This document shows positions 60,228-64,000 of a stretch of 64,000 nucleotides of DNA, in pieces. Each line of letters begins with the position of its first letter. Position 1 is the first letter of the stretch. Under the pieces are notes generated by a model. It made no database searches. It worked only from the letters and a program-made list of their open reading frames with translations, and was not told the origin of the DNA. The stretch comes from Podarcis gaigeae (taxonomy: Eukaryota), in NCBI GenBank assembly GCA_964106915.2, contig OZ066915.1. One strand, given 5' to 3'. The position numbers and the translations under genes are program-made.

Positions 60228-63200
60228 TTTTTTTTTTTTTGGAAAAGGACTCACAACTCTTGAAAATATTTCAGTTCTCTATTTTCCTTGGGCTAATGTT
60301 ATGCTGATCATGCGAAACAAAGATACTTATGCTATTTTACATTCCATCCTGATTTCATGATACAGTATTTCCAAACTAACCTATTTGCTTCTTCCTGTTA
60401 CCAGAGCAAAATAAACATGCCATCTATGAAATAATGTCATTTGCTGTAGGGACTTATAAAATTTGTAAACTCTGTTGTCATTTCCTGACCTGGTAATCAA
60501 ATTATTGAATTACTATGCATTAAAGTAATTAGCAGATTCGTGTTTGCGTGTGTGTGTTTTTTTTTTTACTTTGCATGTCTTTATGTTAGAGTGATTCTAC
60601 ATTTTTTACCAAAAAAAATTAATGCAGTATTGTTTTTTATCCTATATTAGCAGAGAAAATGAACGTTCTATCTTAATTTGCCTTAATTTGGAAGTTTTTG
60701 TTATAATTAAATGGTGCCTGTTGTGGAGGACAGAGCTTCGTAAGTGCAGGATCAAACATTCAAAGAGCCAGGGTTTGAGGTCACTAGGTATGGGAAGTTG
60801 GATGTGCAGCACCAGAAGCCCTGCTAGCACACTAGCAATTTCTGATAGCTATGTACCAATACCAGCCAAAGCTCATTCCATCGCCATCCTCCCATGTGGA
60901 AATCCAAGTGCATACAGCTCTTTAAACCACACTAGCTGCCCTGCTTTTCAGCATTCACCATCACATATACAAAAGGGCTCAAGCTGTCTCACCAATTCAA
61001 CATGAAACGGAATTTCATGTGAACCTGGACCTCACTATTTCACAGTAAGCATGCAAATACCCTGCTCTGCACCATTCATGTCTTGTGCGTGTTCCAAAAG
61101 TAAAACATACATCAAGAATCATATGGAGAGGAAGAGCCTTGGGAGGGGAAGGAGTTACATGAGAAAAGAAGCAGTTGGGGAGCAGATTAAGCAGGACCCT
61201 CCCAACACCTCTCTGATCCAAAATGGTCATCTTCCTGAAACAAAAATGACCACCTGTGTTTTGATGCATACATTTGATTACCATGTTTCATTTTGCTCTC
61301 CGTTACCAAGCAGGGTTAATACTAGTCTTGGGCTATGATCCAAGGGAAGTCTTCTACATGTAGAATTTTTCAGCTACAAAAGTTTTCTTCAAATGTCTGA
61401 TAAACTGCTCCTGAATGTTGGAGAGCATGGCAGTGAAACGTCCCATTAGATGTGAGGGGATGCTGCTATAAAGGCAAGTTGCAATTTCATTGTGAATGAA
61501 GCATTATGTATGTTTGTATCCAGACCTCTTACTATCCTTCCCATTTGATACTTACCTTTGGCCCTGGTAGACCATTTATTCCATTCACTCCTATTGGGCC
61601 AACACTTCCTGGTTCTCCCTGTAATGTTTGAAGGAGGTGCAATGGGAAACTCTCAGTTTCTAAGCAGGCCAGGTGCTAGTCTCACTATCCTTTCCAATGT
61701 GATACTTACCTTTGACCCTGGAAGGCCATCTGTGCCTTTCTCTCCCATTGGGCCAACACTTCCTGGGTCTCCCTGTAATGTTTGAGAGAGGTGCAATGGA
61801 AAACTCTCGTTTCTAAGCAGGCCAGGTGCTAGTCTTACTATTCTTTCCCACGCGCCACTTACCTTTGGCCCTGGTAGACCATCTACGCCTTTGTCTCCTG
61901 GGCTTCCGGGTTCTCCCTGAAATGTTTGAAAGAGGTGCAATGGAAAACTTCCAGGGCTGGATCCAGATTCTGCTAGCAGAAGCCTGCACAAGGCATTCTA
62001 CTAGCACAATTTCCTTCCCTCTCCTCCCCCTGTGCCCTGCCATTGGCTGGAGTGGGTGGGAGAACCCCCAGATCAGTGGGGAGAGGGTAGGACAGGATAG
62101 ATTGTTTTGTTAAGCAAGCAGATATGCTTGCATTGATATGAGTGATGCCTAACCTCACTATCCTTTTCCATATGCTGCTTACCTTTGGCCCTGGTAGCCC
62201 ATCAATGCATTTGTCTCCTACTGAGCCATTGCCTCCTGGTTCTCCCTGTAATATTTGAAAGAGGTGCAATGGAAAACACAGTTTCTAATCAGGGCATGCG
62301 CTAATCTTACTATCCTTTCCCATGCGCTGCTTACCTTTGGCCCTGGTAGACCATCTATGCCTTTCTCTCCTATTGGACCAGGGCTTCCTGGTTCACCCTG
62401 CAATGTTTGAAAGAGGTGAAATGGAAAAGTCTCAATTTTTAAGCAGGGCAATAAGACCAGTACAAGCAGCTGGACATCTGGGAGGCTGGGTAAGAAGACT
62501 CACCACCACTGCCCTCCTGAGCACTGCCCTCTGTTTCTGTCAGCCTCTTCTGGAGGACAGATGAGGAAGCCAGATGTGAACCATCTAGTTAAAAGACCAT
62601 TCTTCTGCTGTACTGTATTTATTGTCCATTAACTTTCATTTTGCTCTGTACTTAGGCATTAGGTCTAGATTATATTTTTGTAATATTGAAGACAGTATAT
62701 TCTACGTTTGTTGCTGAATTGTTGTTGTCTTTTCAAAACTGCTTTCTCCCCAATCAATGTTTTGCAGTTTAATAGGAAAAAGGGAATTTGTTGCAAGCTG
62801 CTTTAGGAACAGCTCACTGTGCAAAGGTGCCGTATACATAAACTTAAATGAACTAAACAACCTTACAATCTTTCCCGTGCTCTGCTTACCTTCGGCCCTG
62901 CTAGGCCATCTAAGCCTTTCTCTCCCATTGGGCCAATGCTTCCGGGTTCTCCCTATAATGTTCAAAAGAGATGCAGTGGAAAACTCTCAGTTGGTAAGCA
63001 GGGCATATGCTAATCTTAGCATTCTTCTCCATGCACTGCTTACCTTAGGCCCTGGTAGCCCAACTATGCCTCTCTCTCCCACTGAGCCAGCGCTTCCTCG
63101 TTTTCCCTGTGGTGTTTAAGGAAGGGCAATGGAACTCTCAGTTTCTGAGCAGGTATCATCAAGTCTTAGTATATTTTCGGATGTGCTGCTTACCCTTGCT

Positions 63201-64000
63201 CCTGGTTGCCCTTTTATGCCTTTTTCCCCAGTCTGACCAATGCTTCCCGGATTTCCCTGTAGTGTTTGAAAGAGGTGCAATGGAAGACTTTAAGTTTTCA
63301 AGCAGGGCATGTGCTAAATCTTAGCCGTCATTCCCATGCACTGCTTACCTTTGGCCCTGGTAGCCCATCCATGCCTCTCTCCCCTGTTGGGCCAATGCTT
63401 CCCCGGTTTCCCTGTCAATTTTGAAAGAGGGAGAATGGAAAAACTTGGTTTCTTAGCAGGCTATGTGCTTAGGATCTTGTTATCCTTTCCCATGTAATAC
63501 CCACCTTTGGCCCTGGTAGACCACTCATGCCTCTTTTTCCCACAGGGCCAATGTTTCCTGGTTCTCCCTGTATTATTTGAAAGAGGTGCAATAGGAAACT
63601 CTAAGTTTCTAAGCATGGATTGTGCTAATCTTAGCATTCTTTCCCATGCACTGCTTACCTTTGCCCCTGGTAGACCATCTATGCCTCTCTCCCCTACTGG
63701 GCCAGGACTTCCTGGTTCTCCCTATAGTGTTTTAAAAAAGGTGCAATGGAAAACTCTGTTTCTTAACAAGACATGTGCTAGTCTTTTATCAACTCCCACG
63801 TGCTCCTTACCATTGGCCCTGGTAGACCATCTATGCCTCTCTCCCCTACTGGGCCAGGACTTCCTGGTTCTCCCTGTAGTGTTTAAAAGAGGTGCAATGG
63901 ACAACTCTCAGTTGCTCACCAAGGAAAGTGCTAGCCTTTTTATCCTTTCTCATGCACTGCTTACCTTTGGCCCTGGTAGACCATCTATGCCTCTCTCCCC
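38696..64000 (-). CDS. COL23A1: Collagen type XXIII alpha 1 (transmembrane MACIT collagen), 3' portion; 5' part lies beyond the window
   Basis: All exons are phase 0 with GT-AG. Array exons 63965-64000(partial), 63811-63873, 63659-63721, 63505-63567, 63349-63411, 63194-63256, 63044-63106, 62890-62952, 62335-62397, 62183-62245, 61863-61916, 61710-61772, 61556-61618. Then 58060-58104, 56914-56991 (GEQGDTVVIDYDGRILEALK), 56074-56097 (candidate), 55308-55361, 54527-54571, 53652-53741, 52377-52466, 51130-51180, 49821-49886, 48670-48696, 47116-47142, 46058-46129, 45899-45952, 44865-44891, 44009-44062, 43158-43244 (GLDQPCPV), 40349-40387 (GPDGLPVPGCWHK), and stop TGA 38696-38698 as the first bases of the terminal exon. 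Confidence 0.95.
40440..40480. repeat. (CA)n microsatellite
   Basis: Direct reading. Confidence 0.95.
41896..41946 (-). pseudogene. Probable decayed COL23A1 exon (GEPGLPELDGVDMLCPL)
   Basis: Collagen-like reading frame ending at TTG|GTATAG. The acceptor AG overlaps the first codon, giving a 50-nt frameshifting exon, and one Gly position reads Glu. Confidence 0.55.
42475..42726 (+). mobile_element. 5'-truncated Sauria SINE
   Basis: Core and (ACCTTT)n tail present, with a perfect 11-bp TSD TATGCGGTTGC at 42464-42474 and 42727-42737. Confidence 0.9.
44358..44458 (-). pseudogene. Dead partial duplicate of the COL23A1 72-nt exon and its downstream intron
   Basis: Clear similarity to 45985-46086. 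The donor GTGAGT is changed to ATGAGT (44429) and the 5' half of the exon is missing. Confidence 0.8.
48248..48355. repeat. Inverted repeat (48-bp arms, 3 mismatches, 12-nt loop), Penelope-like fragment
   Basis: Arms at 48248-48295 and 48308-48355. The same sequence family appears unpaired at 54810-54885. Confidence 0.8.
50720..51060 (+). mobile_element. L2-type LINE 3' fragment
   Basis: GGCCTTCTCAGTGGTGGCACCCTCCATATGGAAT (RAFSVVAP.LWN-like) followed by a T-rich 3'UTR. Confidence 0.55.
52005..52272 (+). mobile_element. CR1 LINE 3' end
   Basis: GTGATGGCCACTAACT..ATGGCTTTAAAA...AACAGGATGCTGGA...GGCCTTTGGCCTGATC and (TTATG)n-type tail. Related fragments at ~4380-4600, ~12740-12860 and ~27610-27780. 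Confidence 0.65.
54279..54305. repeat. (CA)n microsatellite
   Basis: Direct reading. Confidence 0.95.
54810..54885. mobile_element. Penelope-like fragment
   Basis: CCAGTAGCACCTTAAAGACCAACTAAG...GAGCTTTCGTGTGCATGCACACTTCTTCAGATAC, homologous to the hairpin at 48248. Confidence 0.65.
59266..59416 (+). mobile_element. tRNA-derived SINE with CR1-type tail (Squam2-like)
   Basis: tRNA-like head AGCTCAGTTGGTTAGAGC..GGTGCTGATAACGCCAAG and tail GGTCCCTTCCAACTCTACAATTCTAGGATTCTATGA. Confidence 0.75.
59941..60240 (+). mobile_element. tRNA-derived SINE (Squam3-like) with (CT)n / poly-T tail
   Basis: A-box TGGTGTAGTGGTTAAG, B-box-like GGTTCACATC, core GCTGGGTGACCTTGGGCCAGTCAC, and a CTCTTCTT tail extended into a (CT)n microsatellite. 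Confidence 0.8.
61525..64000 (-). repeat. COL23A1: Tandem exon+intron array (~150-156-bp unit, at least 13 copies) within COL23A1
   Basis: Unit = 63-nt Gly-X-Y exon plus an 87-93-nt intron with a shared consensus (plus strand CTGTA.TGTTTGAAAGAGGTGCAATGGAAAACTCTCAGTTTCTAAGCAGGGCATGTGCTAATCTTA..ATCCTTTCCCATGCACTGCTTAC). Two introns are lengthened by insertions (266 and 492 nt). Confidence 0.97.

Noticed and set aside
61653-61991. ORF reading through the 90-nt array intron 61773-61862 (possible in-frame intron retention)
   Set aside because: The other short 3n introns (87 and 93 nt) contain in-frame stops and most introns shift frame, so the open frame is probably chance.
61525-64000. Repeat-spacer periodicity superficially like a CRISPR array or a non-coding minisatellite
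   Set aside because: Vertebrate context, both parts of the unit are homologous between copies, and the 63-nt part is a spliceable Gly-X-Y exon.

Overview
Vertebrate genomic DNA, almost certainly a squamate (probably a lacertid lizard, inferred from Sauria-type SINEs, Squam2/Squam3-like SINEs, BovB and Penelope fragments). Four spliced protein-coding genes were reconstructed by hand from splice signals and translation: the first coding exon of NME5 (minus, 413-541); the complete HNRNPAB (plus, 10105-16708, 7 coding exons, 362 aa); the complete PHYKPL (minus, 20144-30824, 12 coding exons, 441 aa, one GC-AG intron); and the 3' part of COL23A1 (minus, from beyond 64000 to a stop at 38696). The standout observation is in COL23A1. 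The 63-nt exon that I recall as single-copy in human (GEPGSMGPRGENGVDGAPGPK) is amplified with its ~90-nt intron into a tandem exon-intron array at 61556-64000, with at least 13 copies running off the window edge. Every visible splice site is canonical and every complete copy is in frame. The same gene also carries a duplicated 90-nt exon, a duplicated 27-nt exon, a dead partial exon copy, a probable decayed exon and a candidate 24-nt micro-exon. Together these suggest a collagen being lengthened by repeated exon duplication. Comparisons with human and paralogous proteins are from memory and need alignment to confirm.
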